Assembly (NCBI GenBank): GCA_045643185.1
Contig: JAZUKH010000083.1
Coordinates: 1 to 49,649, forward strand
Direction of reading: 5' to 3'
Source: Myxococcota bacterium
GTDB lineage: Bacteria; Myxococcota_A; Bradymonadia; UBA4248
Length of the DNA stretch: 49,649 nt
Under the pieces are notes generated by a model. The model saw nothing but the letters and a program-made list of their open reading frames with translations, did no database searches and had not been told where the DNA came from. The translations under genes were made by a program, and so were the position numbers. Below, one piece after another: positions 38,736 to 47,350 of this stretch. Position 1 is the stretch's first letter. The number at the start of each line of letters is the position of its first letter.

Positions 38736-40808
38736 TTAGTCGAGGCCTTTTTCAGCTTCATCGGAGGGTTTGGCACCGTGAGGCGGTTCGACAGGCACGA
38801 GACCAGCTTTGACGAAGAATTCCTCACCGCCGGCGACGGTAGCAGCACCGTCGAGCATGATGCCGAGCATGCTGTCGAAGAGTCTGGCGCCATCCGCGAG
38901 ATCAAGCTTGGCGTCAACGAGGACGCGGTAGGTCTGACCGGCTTTAATCTTGTCGCTAAGTACGACGAGGTTGTTGCCGCTGACGTATTCAGCAGGCACC
39001 TGCATGGCAGCGATGATATTGTCGTTGTCTTTTTCGGTGACGACGATCGCTTTTCCAGCGAGGGGGCTGTTTCCGAGGACGACCTGAGCGAAATTGGCGT
39101 TACCGTTGCCCTGAGGCGCGTTGTTGTTGCCGCTGAGCGCCATCACCGTGCCGTTGGTGTAGTAAACGTCTTCGTTGTAGTCAGCATCGAGACCGCATTC
39201 ACGACCGTGCATACCCATGGTCACGATCTGGCCGCCTTCAATGTGGAGCGTGTTGTTGGAATCGATACCATCGTTCTGAGTACTCCAGGCGATGATCTTA
39301 CCGCCTTTGATCACGATGTCGTGGCCAGCGTTGATCGCGTCATCGGCCGTGATGACGGAGATTTCGCCGCCGGTGATCGTGAGGTCGTTTTTGGCTTCAA
39401 TGCCTTCCGGGCTGAGTTTGGGCTCATCGTTTTCGTCAACGGGATCAGGACGAACGATTCCCATAGTACGAATCTTGATATTGCCGCCAGAGATCTCAAG
39501 ATCCGGCGTGGGATTGTCGTGGTCGCAGTCATTGGTGGTATCTTCTTCGATATCCCAACCAGCGGAGAGGGCTTTTGCATCGCTCTGAATCACGATGTTG
39601 CCGCCTTTGATCTTCACATAGCCTTTGCCTGCACCGTAATTTTCCTGTGAGCAATCCACATCGTCTTCAGCGCCATCGGTGCCGTCGACTTTGACGCCGC
39701 GCGGTTCAACGCCTTTGTATTCGACAGCGTCGTGCGCCAGGATGTTGAGAGCACCGCCGACCATTTCAAAGCCGTTACCAGCCTTGATACCGAAGCCTTT
39801 TTCAGGGTTGCTCGGTTTTTCCCAAACGACGTTTTCGTCACGAGAAACGTTGATATTGAGCGTACCGCCATAGATCTTAAGGACGTCATCGACGCCGACA
39901 CCGGTTTTGTATTTGGCGTTGACGTTGAGCGTGCCGGGACCGACGATATCGAGGTTACCACTGCAGCTCAAAGCTTTCTTGGTATTAACGTTAGCGCTAC
40001 CGGTAATCTCATTGTTGCCTTTAAGGAGGAGAACGTAATGGTTCTGGATGTCACCTTTTTTGATGGCAAGTCCCGACCCATCGGCATTTTCATTAATTTT
40101 GATGTTATTGAGCTTAATGGTCGCACCATATTTCTTTTTATCGGTGATGGTGACCGTACCAGAAGTTTCGCCATAGAGCTCAATGCAGCTATTTTCTTTA
40201 TCGATGGCGATATCTTTGGTCGTGCTGATATCGATCTGGGTGCAAGTACCGGGGATGGTCGGAACGACTTCGCCAGGCAGGACGACGCAATTGTTTTCGA
40301 CGCCGTTTGAGCCCTCGGTAGTGATGATGGCGTCTGGCGTGCAAGTTCCGGGGATGACCGGCGCGGTTTCGCCGTCAACGAGCGGCGCGGGGAGGGCGAC
40401 GAGGTCATCGATGGCATTCGGCGTGAGCAGTGCGGGTTCATCAAGGCAAGCGCCGTTGTAACAGAATTCACCAATTTGGCAGGGTTTGTCGACACTACAC
40501 TCAGGATCGACGCATTTTCCTTCAGCACACACTTTATTGTCTGAACAGAACTTGTCGTAAGCGCATTCAGGTTCGCTTGTGTCTACGCAAACGCCGACGC
40601 CAGCCTCATTGACCTGACACAAGGATGTTTCTCCGCAGGACTGAACCGCGAGTTTGCCCTTATGACAAACCTGGTATTCCGTCGTAGAAACACACTCTGG
40701 CGTATAGCTGTCATCGCATTCGGAATGATTCCAGAATTCCAGATCACAAGCATTAGCTGAGATAGCGAGGGTAGAAAGAAGGGCGATAAGAACAAATTTC
40801 CTGTTCAT
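38736..40808 (-). CDS. Lipoprotein with Cys-rich N-terminus and Cthe_2159/DUF4353-like beta-helix carbohydrate-binding domain
   Basis: Lipobox ANA-C; repeated L.I.GG.I.I..., EGIEAK, DDAINA, DGIDSN, GLD.D beta-helix turns. Confidence 0.85.
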   Translation of the reverse strand: MNRKFVLIALLSTLAISANACDLEFWNHSECDDSYTPECVSTTEYQVCHKGKLAVQSCGETSLCQVNEAGVGVCVDTSEPECAYDKFCSDNKVCAEGKCVDPECSVDKPCQIGEFCYNGACLDEPALLTPNAIDDLVALPAPLVDGETAPVIPGTCTPDAIITTEGSNGVENNCVVLPGEVVPTIPGTCTQIDISTTKDIAIDKENSCIELYGETSGTVTITDKKKYGATIKLNNIKINENADGSGLAIKKGDIQNHYVLLLKGNNEITGSANVNTKKALSCSGNLDIVGPGTLNVNAKYKTGVGVDDVLKIYGGTLNINVSRDENVVWEKPSNPEKGFGIKAGNGFEMVGGALNILAHDAVEYKGVEPRGVKVDGTDGAEDDVDCSQENYGAGKGYVKIKGGNIVIQSDAKALSAGWDIEEDTTNDCDHDNPTPDLEISGGNIKIRTMGIVRPDPVDENDEPKLSPEGIEAKNDLTITGGEISVITADDAINAGHDIVIKGGKIIAWSTQNDGIDSNNTLHIEGGQIVTMGMHGRECGLDADYNEDVYYTNGTVMALSGNNNAPQGNGNANFAQVVLGNSPLAGKAIVVTEKDNDNIIAAMQVPAEYVSGNNLVVLSDKIKAGQTYRVLVDAKLDLADGARLFDSMLGIMLDGAATVAGGEEFFVKAGLVPVEPPHGAKPSDEAEKGLD

Positions 40809-40992
40809 AAATAATCCTTTTGTAAAGGGAAGAGATAACGTAGTCGCCCTAAAACGACTGTGCCAACAAAGCTGAACTGTTTTCAGCCCTCAAAAAACGT
40901 AAATGATGCTAGAGATTTTCGAAATAAAAAGCAATTTTTATGTGTACAAAATTCAACAGAGATCATCGTAAACTTAAGTTGGAGTCGGCGGC

Positions 40993-41100
40993 CGCGACGA
41001 CGTACCACGTTACGTCGCAACCCTTCGGCTTCGGACAAATCGCGTCCGCTCACCCAATCTCAGCCTGCTTGCCTTCGGCTTCGCGACGGCTGAGATTTTG
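40993..41100 (-). repeat. Family-2 intergenic element, copy 2
   Basis: Reverse complement of 8280-8387 with 8 substitutions. Confidence 0.9.
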
Positions 41101-41174
41101 TATTATGAATCAGACAATAAAAGCCGCCCCGTAGAGACGGGCAGACCGACCATAGAGACGGGGCTTAAAAAAAC

Positions 41175-41228
41175 AAAACCGCCGCAGCAGAGACATGCAG
41201 ACCGCACGTCTCGACTGCGGCGGTTTTT
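41175..41228. terminator. Terminator-like hairpin with degenerate nested REP (41187-41215)
   Basis: AAAACCGCCGCAG...CTGCGGCGGTTTT; another decayed REP at 41131-41159. Confidence 0.7.
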
Positions 41229-41244
41229 AGTTCACGTGAGCCAG

Positions 41245-42072
41245 TTATCGGGCAAGTCCGATGATAAGTGAGAGCAGGACACCGTGTTGATCTTCACCGG
41301 AGTGACGGTGATATTCGTAGGTGTAACGAGCATCAAAGCCGATCTCGAATCCACTGGTGAGGAAGGAGATTCCGCCCCCGACCTGGAGACCGCCCTGAAC
41401 GACGCCGGATTCCCTGTGATGGTAATAATCATCAGGCAGGATGAGCGAGATACCGCCACCGACGAGGCCATAAACGTCGAGATTACCGTAGTCGAAGAGA
41501 TGCGCCTGGAGGTCGAGATATAACGGGACCCTGAGCAGCAATCCGTCGTAGCTGTATTCATTGAATAGATAATCGTTGACGAACTCAACAGAGATCCAGC
41601 GAACGGGTCGGATTTTGAAGTACCAGCCAACGCCGCCGCCGAAATCCGTGTCGGAAACATAAGTTCCGATGCCACGGAGTCCGTAACCGAGCGTGTAATG
41701 ATCATCTTCGGGCACAGGTGTAGCGATCATAGCGTCGAGCACGACATCATGGACTTCGTAGTGATGATGTGCGTGTGATGGCGGTGCCGGGCGAGGAGGG
41801 GCTGGACGAGCAGCGGGGGGGCGAGGCGCTGGTCGAGGCGACGGCGGGGCAGCATGACCAGGTCGACCAGCGGGCGGTCGACCGTCGCGCGTCAACCCGT
41901 TGGCGTCGAAGCCTGTCAACAGTGCCATATCGACGTTCAATGCGGCGTCAGAATCAACCAATTCGTCATAAGAAAACATCAGTTCGTCTGAGATCGCCGA
42001 CTGCGCAAAGGCACTATAGGGTGCCAACAACGCGAAAACCAGTAATGCACATAAACAAGATAGCTTTTTCAT
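41245..42072 (-). CDS. Outer-membrane beta-barrel protein with Pro-rich N-terminal segment
   Basis: Signal peptide ending AFA-Q; PAPRP-rich linker; about 8 Gly/aromatic amphipathic strands (YGLVGGGIS, GLQVGGGISF, IGFDARY). Confidence 0.78.
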   Translation of the reverse strand: MKKLSCLCALLVFALLAPYSAFAQSAISDELMFSYDELVDSDAALNVDMALLTGFDANGLTRDGRPPAGRPGHAAPPSPRPAPRPPAARPAPPRPAPPSHAHHHYEVHDVVLDAMIATPVPEDDHYTLGYGLRGIGTYVSDTDFGGGVGWYFKIRPVRWISVEFVNDYLFNEYSYDGLLLRVPLYLDLQAHLFDYGNLDVYGLVGGGISLILPDDYYHHRESGVVQGGLQVGGGISFLTSGFEIGFDARYTYEYHRHSGEDQHGVLLSLIIGLAR

Positions 42073-42408
42073 ATTGTTTGCCTTTAATCAAACGTGAAAT
42101 GGCGTGACATCAATGTGCCACAAAAGCCGGTGTATATCAAAAATCATACCAAAAACGAGACTTAGTTGGTTACTATTCAGCCGGGAAATCACATTTTGTT
42201 GTATTCTTGATATTTTGTTTTGGAGCAGGCATGGGCCTGCGGCACGCAGGGGGTTCGCAGGGCGCGCCCTTTTTTGTCGACCGTGTGGAACTCGCTTCGC
42301 TCAAACATGCCAACTTCAGGAACTATTAAGGCTGAACAAGTAACCTTAGCTGAGCTATGTGGCGCCAGAAAATAAATCGGCGAATCGCTGTGCGATCGAC
42401 GATTTGCG

Positions 42409-42438
42409 TCGGCCGTATTCGCGAAGCGAATAGGCCGA
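42409..42438 (+). repeat. Single bulged-G hairpin
   Basis: TCGGCC-G-TATTCGC-GAA-GCGAATA-GGCCGA; core identical to the hairpin at 38613 with a different outer stem. Confidence 0.85.
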
Positions 42439-42545
42439 GCCAGAAAATGATAACCAGCCCTTGTCAGACGAATCGCTGTGCCTATTTTCTTTTGCCGTTG
42501 CTTTTTTGGCCTCCAATCGGGCCCGATCTATTTTGGAGTGAGAAT

Positions 42546-44540
42546 ATGGAAACATTTGAATTTAAATCAGAAACCAAAGAACTTCTTCACATGATGGCGC
42601 ATTCGCTGTACTCGAGCAAGGATGTGTGCCTTCGCGAGCTGATTTCGAATGCGTCGGACGCGCTTGATCGTCGTCGTTTCGAAGCCGTCAAGGATCCGTC
42701 GAAACTGACGGACGGCGAAACGCTCGAAATCAAGATTTGGGCAGACAAAGCGGCGCGTACCCTCACGATTGAAGATAACGGCGATGGCATGACGCGCGAC
42801 GAGCTCATCAGCAACCTCGGCACCATCGCGCACTCCGGCACCAAGGCCTTCATGGAAAACCTCAAAAAAGCCAATGAAGCCGACAAGGCCTCGCTGATCG
42901 GTCAGTTCGGTGTTGGTTTCTACTCCGTTTTTATTCTTGCCGACGACGTGACTGTCGTGACAAAACGCATCGGTCAGGACAAAGCCTATACCTTCAAATC
43001 CAGTGGTGACGGCACTTACACCATCGAAGAATGCCAGAAAGACACGTTCGGTACGCGCATCATCATGAATCTGCGTCCGAGCGATGAAGAAGATAAACTT
43101 TCGGATTTTACCGATCAGTGGATCATTAAAGAAACCGTCAAGAAATACAGCGATTTCGTGCAGTATCCGATCATGGTCGAATGCGAACACACGCACCATC
43201 GCGAAGGCGTCGCCGAAGAGGAAGGTCATGATGCCTCGACGTGCAATGATCCGACGCATCAAGTCACCGAAAAGACCTGGGAGCAGGCCAACTCGATGAA
43301 AGCCATCTGGCTCAAGGACGAAAAAGACGTCAAAGACGAAGAATATAATGAATTCTACAAGAATCTGACCTACGACTGGACCGATCCGTTGCAGCGCATC
43401 GTCATCAAGGCCGAAGGTTCGATGGAATATCGCGGCATCATCTTCGTGCCGGCCCGCGCGCCGTTCGATATGAACTATCGCGACGCCAAATACGGTTTGC
43501 GTCTGCACGCGCAGCACGTCCTTATCATGGACAAATGCGCCGAACTGCTGCCCGATTACCTCCGCTTCGTCAAAGGTGTCGTCGATTCCAGCGACCTCAA
43601 CCTCAATATGTCGCGTGAAATTCTTCAGAAAGACCGCATGATCGGCAAAATTAAAAAGCACGTGACCAAAAAAGTTCTCGATGCCATTGAGAACCTCATG
43701 ACGAATGATGCCGATAAATACAATACGTTCTGGGAACAGTACGGACGTGCCATCAAAGAAGGTGCCGGCAGCGACTACGACAACAAAGAGCGTCTGCTCA
43801 AACTCATGAAGTTCGCTTCGACGAATACGATCGCTGAAGATGCCAAGGCCGAAGGCGACAACAAAAAAGCTTCCATGACGACGTTTGAAGCCTATGTCGC
43901 GGGTATGAAACCCGATCAGGACGCTATCTACGCCATCACGGGCGAATCGGTCGACGTTCTGCGCAATTCACCGCACCTCGAAGCCTTCACGCAGAAAGGC
44001 TACGAAGTTCTCTTCTTCACCGATCCCTACGATGAGATCCTGTTCAGCAACATTCAGCAATACAAAGAGAAGAAGATCGTCTTCATCGGTCGCGGCGAAG
44101 TCGAACTGGGCACCGAAGAAGAAAAGAAAGCCAATCGCGAAAAGCTCGAATCACAGCAGAAAGACTTCAACGACCTGATGAACGCCCTCAAAGACAAACT
44201 CGGTGACGAAGTCGAAAGTGTTCGTCTGTCGGCGCGTTTGACCTCAAGCCCGGCCTGCCTCGTGAGCCAGGATGGCGATATGTCGCCGCAGCTTCAGCGC
44301 CTCATCTCGAAGATGGGCAACAGCGCTATGCCTCAGACCAAACGCATTCTTGAGATCAACCCGAATCACCCGTTGCTCGCCAAATTGTTGACCAAATACA
44401 GCGCCAACGCCAATGATCCGTTCATCGGCAAATTCGCCCATCTGCTTTATGGTCAGTCGCTGTTGGCAGAAGGCTCGCCGCTTCCTGATCCTGTCGAATA
44501 CACCAAACTCGTCACCGAATTGATGGTCGACGCGCTTTAA
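42546..44540 (+). CDS. htpG: Chaperone HtpG (Hsp90)
   Basis: HSLYS, LRELISNASDA, DNG.GM, LGTIAHSGT, IGQFGVGFYS, LPDYLRFVKGVVDS, LNMSREILQ, LEINP.HP motifs; GGAG RBS. Confidence 0.97.
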   Translation: METFEFKSETKELLHMMAHSLYSSKDVCLRELISNASDALDRRRFEAVKDPSKLTDGETLEIKIWADKAARTLTIEDNGDGMTRDELISNLGTIAHSGTKAFMENLKKANEADKASLIGQFGVGFYSVFILADDVTVVTKRIGQDKAYTFKSSGDGTYTIEECQKDTFGTRIIMNLRPSDEEDKLSDFTDQWIIKETVKKYSDFVQYPIMVECEHTHHREGVAEEEGHDASTCNDPTHQVTEKTWEQANSMKAIWLKDEKDVKDEEYNEFYKNLTYDWTDPLQRIVIKAEGSMEYRGIIFVPARAPFDMNYRDAKYGLRLHAQHVLIMDKCAELLPDYLRFVKGVVDSSDLNLNMSREILQKDRMIGKIKKHVTKKVLDAIENLMTNDADKYNTFWEQYGRAIKEGAGSDYDNKERLLKLMKFASTNTIAEDAKAEGDNKKASMTTFEAYVAGMKPDQDAIYAITGESVDVLRNSPHLEAFTQKGYEVLFFTDPYDEILFSNIQQYKEKKIVFIGRGEVELGTEEEKKANREKLESQQKDFNDLMNALKDKLGDEVESVRLSARLTSSPACLVSQDGDMSPQLQRLISKMGNSAMPQTKRILEINPNHPLLAKLLTKYSANANDPFIGKFAHLLYGQSLLAEGSPLPDPVEYTKLVTELMVDAL

Positions 44541-44603
44541 TTGCGAGACGGCGCCCATTCCGGGCGCCGACTTATCAACATTATAATATAATGTTCCCTC
44601 GTG

Positions 44604-45569
44604 CTACGCTTCGTCCACGATGGGGATATTGTCGAACAACACGTCGTCGCCGGCCAAAAAACGTTGACAGGCTTCGACGACGGCGCGGAATTCGACGTCA
44701 TTTAACGGCATTCTGATCCAGTGCACATCTTTGTCGGCACGGAACCAGGTGAGCTGACGCTTGGCAAAGCGCCGCGTTTCACGCTTGGCATCGTCTAACG
44801 CCTGTTCAAAGCTGCATTCGCCACGAAGTGCCGCTGCGGCCTGTTTGTAACCGAGTGCCTTGACCGGCAGCTCGTTGGCGTTAAGACCGTGTTCCAGTAA
44901 CATGCGCGTTTCTTCGACGATGCCGGTCGCCCACATTTCATCAAGACGCTTCTCGATTTTTTCATAAAGCGACTCGCGTGGACGCCAACAGCCAAAGCAC
45001 AGGCGCTCGTAACGGTTTTCTTTAAACCCGTGCTCGGCCTGCTGTTCACTCAGTTTTTTGCCCGTCATAATGTAAACTTCCAGCGCTCGTTCGATACGCA
45101 CCCAGTCGGTGGGCATGATCTTGTCGGCCGCTTGCGGGTCGATCTGACGAAGGCGCTCAAACATCGCCGGTTGGCCCAATTCATCACGTTCCGCGCGCAG
45201 CCTGGCTCGAATCGCGTCGTCGCGCGACGGCGCTTCCAAAATGCCATGCAAGATCGTGCGATGATACAACCCAGTGCCGCCTGAAATCAGCGCGTGATGC
45301 CCGCGCGCCGCAATCGCTTTCAACGTGTCATCGGCATATTGCGCAAAGGCCGAGGCGTCCATAGGCGGCCCCAGTGGAATCAGGTCAATGCCGTGGATCG
45401 GCAGACGCGCTTGCTGTTCCGGGGAAGGCTTGTCCGTGCCGATCGCCAGGTCGCGGTAGACCTGCATCGAGTCGACGTTGATCATTTCGGCACCAAGCGC
45501 GACACCCAGTTCGACCGAAAAATTCGTTTTGCCACAGGCCGTCGGGCCTACGATTTGGATAATACGCAT
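44604..45569 (-). CDS. miaA: tRNA dimethylallyltransferase
   Basis: GPTACGKT, DSMQVYR...IGT.KP, GGTGLY, RI.RALEV, ALGYK, TRRFAKRQLTWFR motifs. Confidence 0.96.
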   Translation of the reverse strand: MRIIQIVGPTACGKTNFSVELGVALGAEMINVDSMQVYRDLAIGTDKPSPEQQARLPIHGIDLIPLGPPMDASAFAQYADDTLKAIAARGHHALISGGTGLYHRTILHGILEAPSRDDAIRARLRAERDELGQPAMFERLRQIDPQAADKIMPTDWVRIERALEVYIMTGKKLSEQQAEHGFKENRYERLCFGCWRPRESLYEKIEKRLDEMWATGIVEETRMLLEHGLNANELPVKALGYKQAAAALRGECSFEQALDDAKRETRRFAKRQLTWFRADKDVHWIRMPLNDVEFRAVVEACQRFLAGDDVLFDNIPIVDEA

Positions 45570-45765
45570 AACTTGTTAAAATTTTTGTTAAAAATCCGTC
45601 ACATTTTGTGACGGCTTGGCAATATATAAGATGGGGGAATGTAATTGGGCCTACATGTCGGTGTTTTTTATCTACCAACCTAGTCGGTCTTGCGCCCTGG
45701 CCCAAGGTTAAGTCACCTTCCACGGACTGCACGTCTCTGACATGGGAACAACGTGTTTTGCCAGG

Positions 45766-46338
45766 TCAAAGCCCGAAGATGCGGTCGATCTGTCGATAAA
45801 CCAGTTCGAGGTCACCGACATTGTATAAAACGGCGTCGGCGCGTCTTAGTCGTTCGGCGTCGGTGAACTGAGCGCGCAGACGTTGCACGGCGCGTTCACG
45901 CGTCGTGTGATCGCGCGCAATGATGCGCGCGATGCGCGCCGGTTCAGGAGCAACGACGACGACGGAGCGCTCAACCAGGTCCTGCCAATCGGCTTCGAAG
46001 AGCAACGCAGCATCGAGAACGACGCGGCGCGGCGCAGCCTGGATGCGCGCGGCAGCCAGCGCGCGCATGACCGGTCGCATGATCGCGTTGAGCGTCGCCA
46101 ACTGCGCAGCATCGCTAAAAACAACAAGACCGAGTCGTTTGCGGTCGATCTGACGGTCGGGCAGCATAATGTCGTCGCCAAAGGCACGCACCAAGTCATC
46201 GTGCGCCACAATGTACGCGTCGCCCGTCAGTTGGTCGGCATCCACGACGTCAAAACCGTGCTGCGCCAGGTAGCGCGAACAAACGGATTTGCCGCTGCCA
46301 ATGCCGCCCGTCAAACCAAATCTAGTAACGCTCGTCAT
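45766..46338 (-). CDS. coaE: Dephospho-CoA kinase
   Basis: GLTGGIGSGKS, VVDAD, IDRKRLG..VF.D, DAALLFE, RI.RI..RD motifs. Confidence 0.93.
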   Translation of the reverse strand: MTSVTRFGLTGGIGSGKSVCSRYLAQHGFDVVDADQLTGDAYIVAHDDLVRAFGDDIMLPDRQIDRKRLGLVVFSDAAQLATLNAIMRPVMRALAAARIQAAPRRVVLDAALLFEADWQDLVERSVVVVAPEPARIARIIARDHTTRERAVQRLRAQFTDAERLRRADAVLYNVGDLELVYRQIDRIFGL

Positions 46339-46897
46339 CTTTCTTTTCGAGCGCTTCAAGGCGCTGTTTCAGGTCGTTCACTTCGGCTTCAAGCTGCTCG
46401 ACCCGTTGAAACAACAGGTATGACAGCAATTTTTCGTCGGAAGACTGTTTGAGCGTTTCGAGACGCTGCAGAATCGAAGGCGAAGCTTCGGGCGCCTTGT
46501 CTTCGACACGGCTGTTTTCGGAAGGCGCCGGTTCTGGCGCCGCAGCCGATTCACCATCGACATGGCGTTTGAAACGCTCAACCTGCTTTTCAACCTGACG
46601 AAGCGCTTCGTCACGGATCTGCTGTACTGGCACACTGATGCGCTGCAAAAGAATTTCAGCCTGCGTCTGAACCAGGTTGTAAATGCCCTTTTGCTTCTGC
46701 TTTTGCTGCGCCATCAGGATCTGGGTCATCGTGACTTCGGTCAAGTCGGCGTGCGTGTCATTGTCGAGAACTTTGATCGTTTCACCCTGACGGATCAGTT
46801 CACCCAGTTCCGTAAGCGTGACATAGCGCGAGTGCTCGGTATCGTACAGCTTACGATTGCTATAACGTTTAATGGTGATGGTCTTGTTGTCGTCCAT
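46322..46897 (-). CDS. Protein with PhaR-type (PHB accumulation regulator) N-terminal DNA-binding domain
   Basis: IKRYSNRKLYDT..SRYVTL...G..I.V.D..T..DLT..T..QIL; C-terminal coiled coil. Confidence 0.88.
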   Translation of the reverse strand: MDDNKTITIKRYSNRKLYDTEHSRYVTLTELGELIRQGETIKVLDNDTHADLTEVTMTQILMAQQKQKQKGIYNLVQTQAEILLQRISVPVQQIRDEALRQVEKQVERFKRHVDGESAAAPEPAPSENSRVEDKAPEASPSILQRLETLKQSSDEKLLSYLLFQRVEQLEAEVNDLKQRLEALEKKDDERY

Positions 46898-46906
46898 AAT
46901 GCGTAA

Positions 46907-47290
46907 TTATTCCGGATAAACGGCGATGGCTTCGATCTCAACGAGGGCTTTTTTGGGAAGTCGCGCAACTTCGACACAGGAACGTGCCGGAGCCGCGTCT
47001 TTGAAGACCGCACCATAAAGTTCATTGACGCGGGCAAAATCGTCGAGGTCTTTCAAAAAGACCGTCGTTTTGACAACATGCGTGTAGTCGAGTCCCATCG
47101 AGTTAAGGATGGCACCAAGGTTATCGAGCGATTGACGCGTCTGGGCGTCAAGACCTTCACGAAGCGCGCCGGATTGCGGGTCCAACCCAAGGCAGCCACT
47201 CACAAAAACGAGGTTGCCAACGCGAACTGCTTGTGAATACGGACCGATCGCGCGCGGCGCGTTGTCAGTGCTAATGATGATCTTTTCCAT
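46907..47290 (-). CDS. ridA: RidA/YjgF/UK114 enamine deaminase
   Basis: [42 protein letters not shown] motifs. Confidence 0.93.
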   Translation of the reverse strand: MEKIIISTDNAPRAIGPYSQAVRVGNLVFVSGCLGLDPQSGALREGLDAQTRQSLDNLGAILNSMGLDYTHVVKTTVFLKDLDDFARVNELYGAVFKDAAPARSCVEVARLPKKALVEIEAIAVYPE

Positions 47291-47350
47291 AACCATTCCT
47301 TTATGCGAATTTAATTCAACAATAATCCGAGATAACGAAATATAATTTCG

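Noticed and set aside
1604-42438. Integron attC sites
   Set aside because: The bulged hairpins lack RYYYAAC/GTTRRRY ends, flank housekeeping genes in both orientations, and no integrase is present; the resemblance is an analogy only.
9912-43661. Long antisense ORFs (e.g. 9912..11186, 13907..14965, 17945..18994, 28157..29494, 35631..36776, 42567..43661)
   Set aside because: Shadows of well-supported genes on the opposite strand, with no motifs of their own.
46322-46897. PHA biosynthesis cluster
   Set aside because: Only the PhaR-type DNA-binding domain is present; no phaA/B/C/P in the window.
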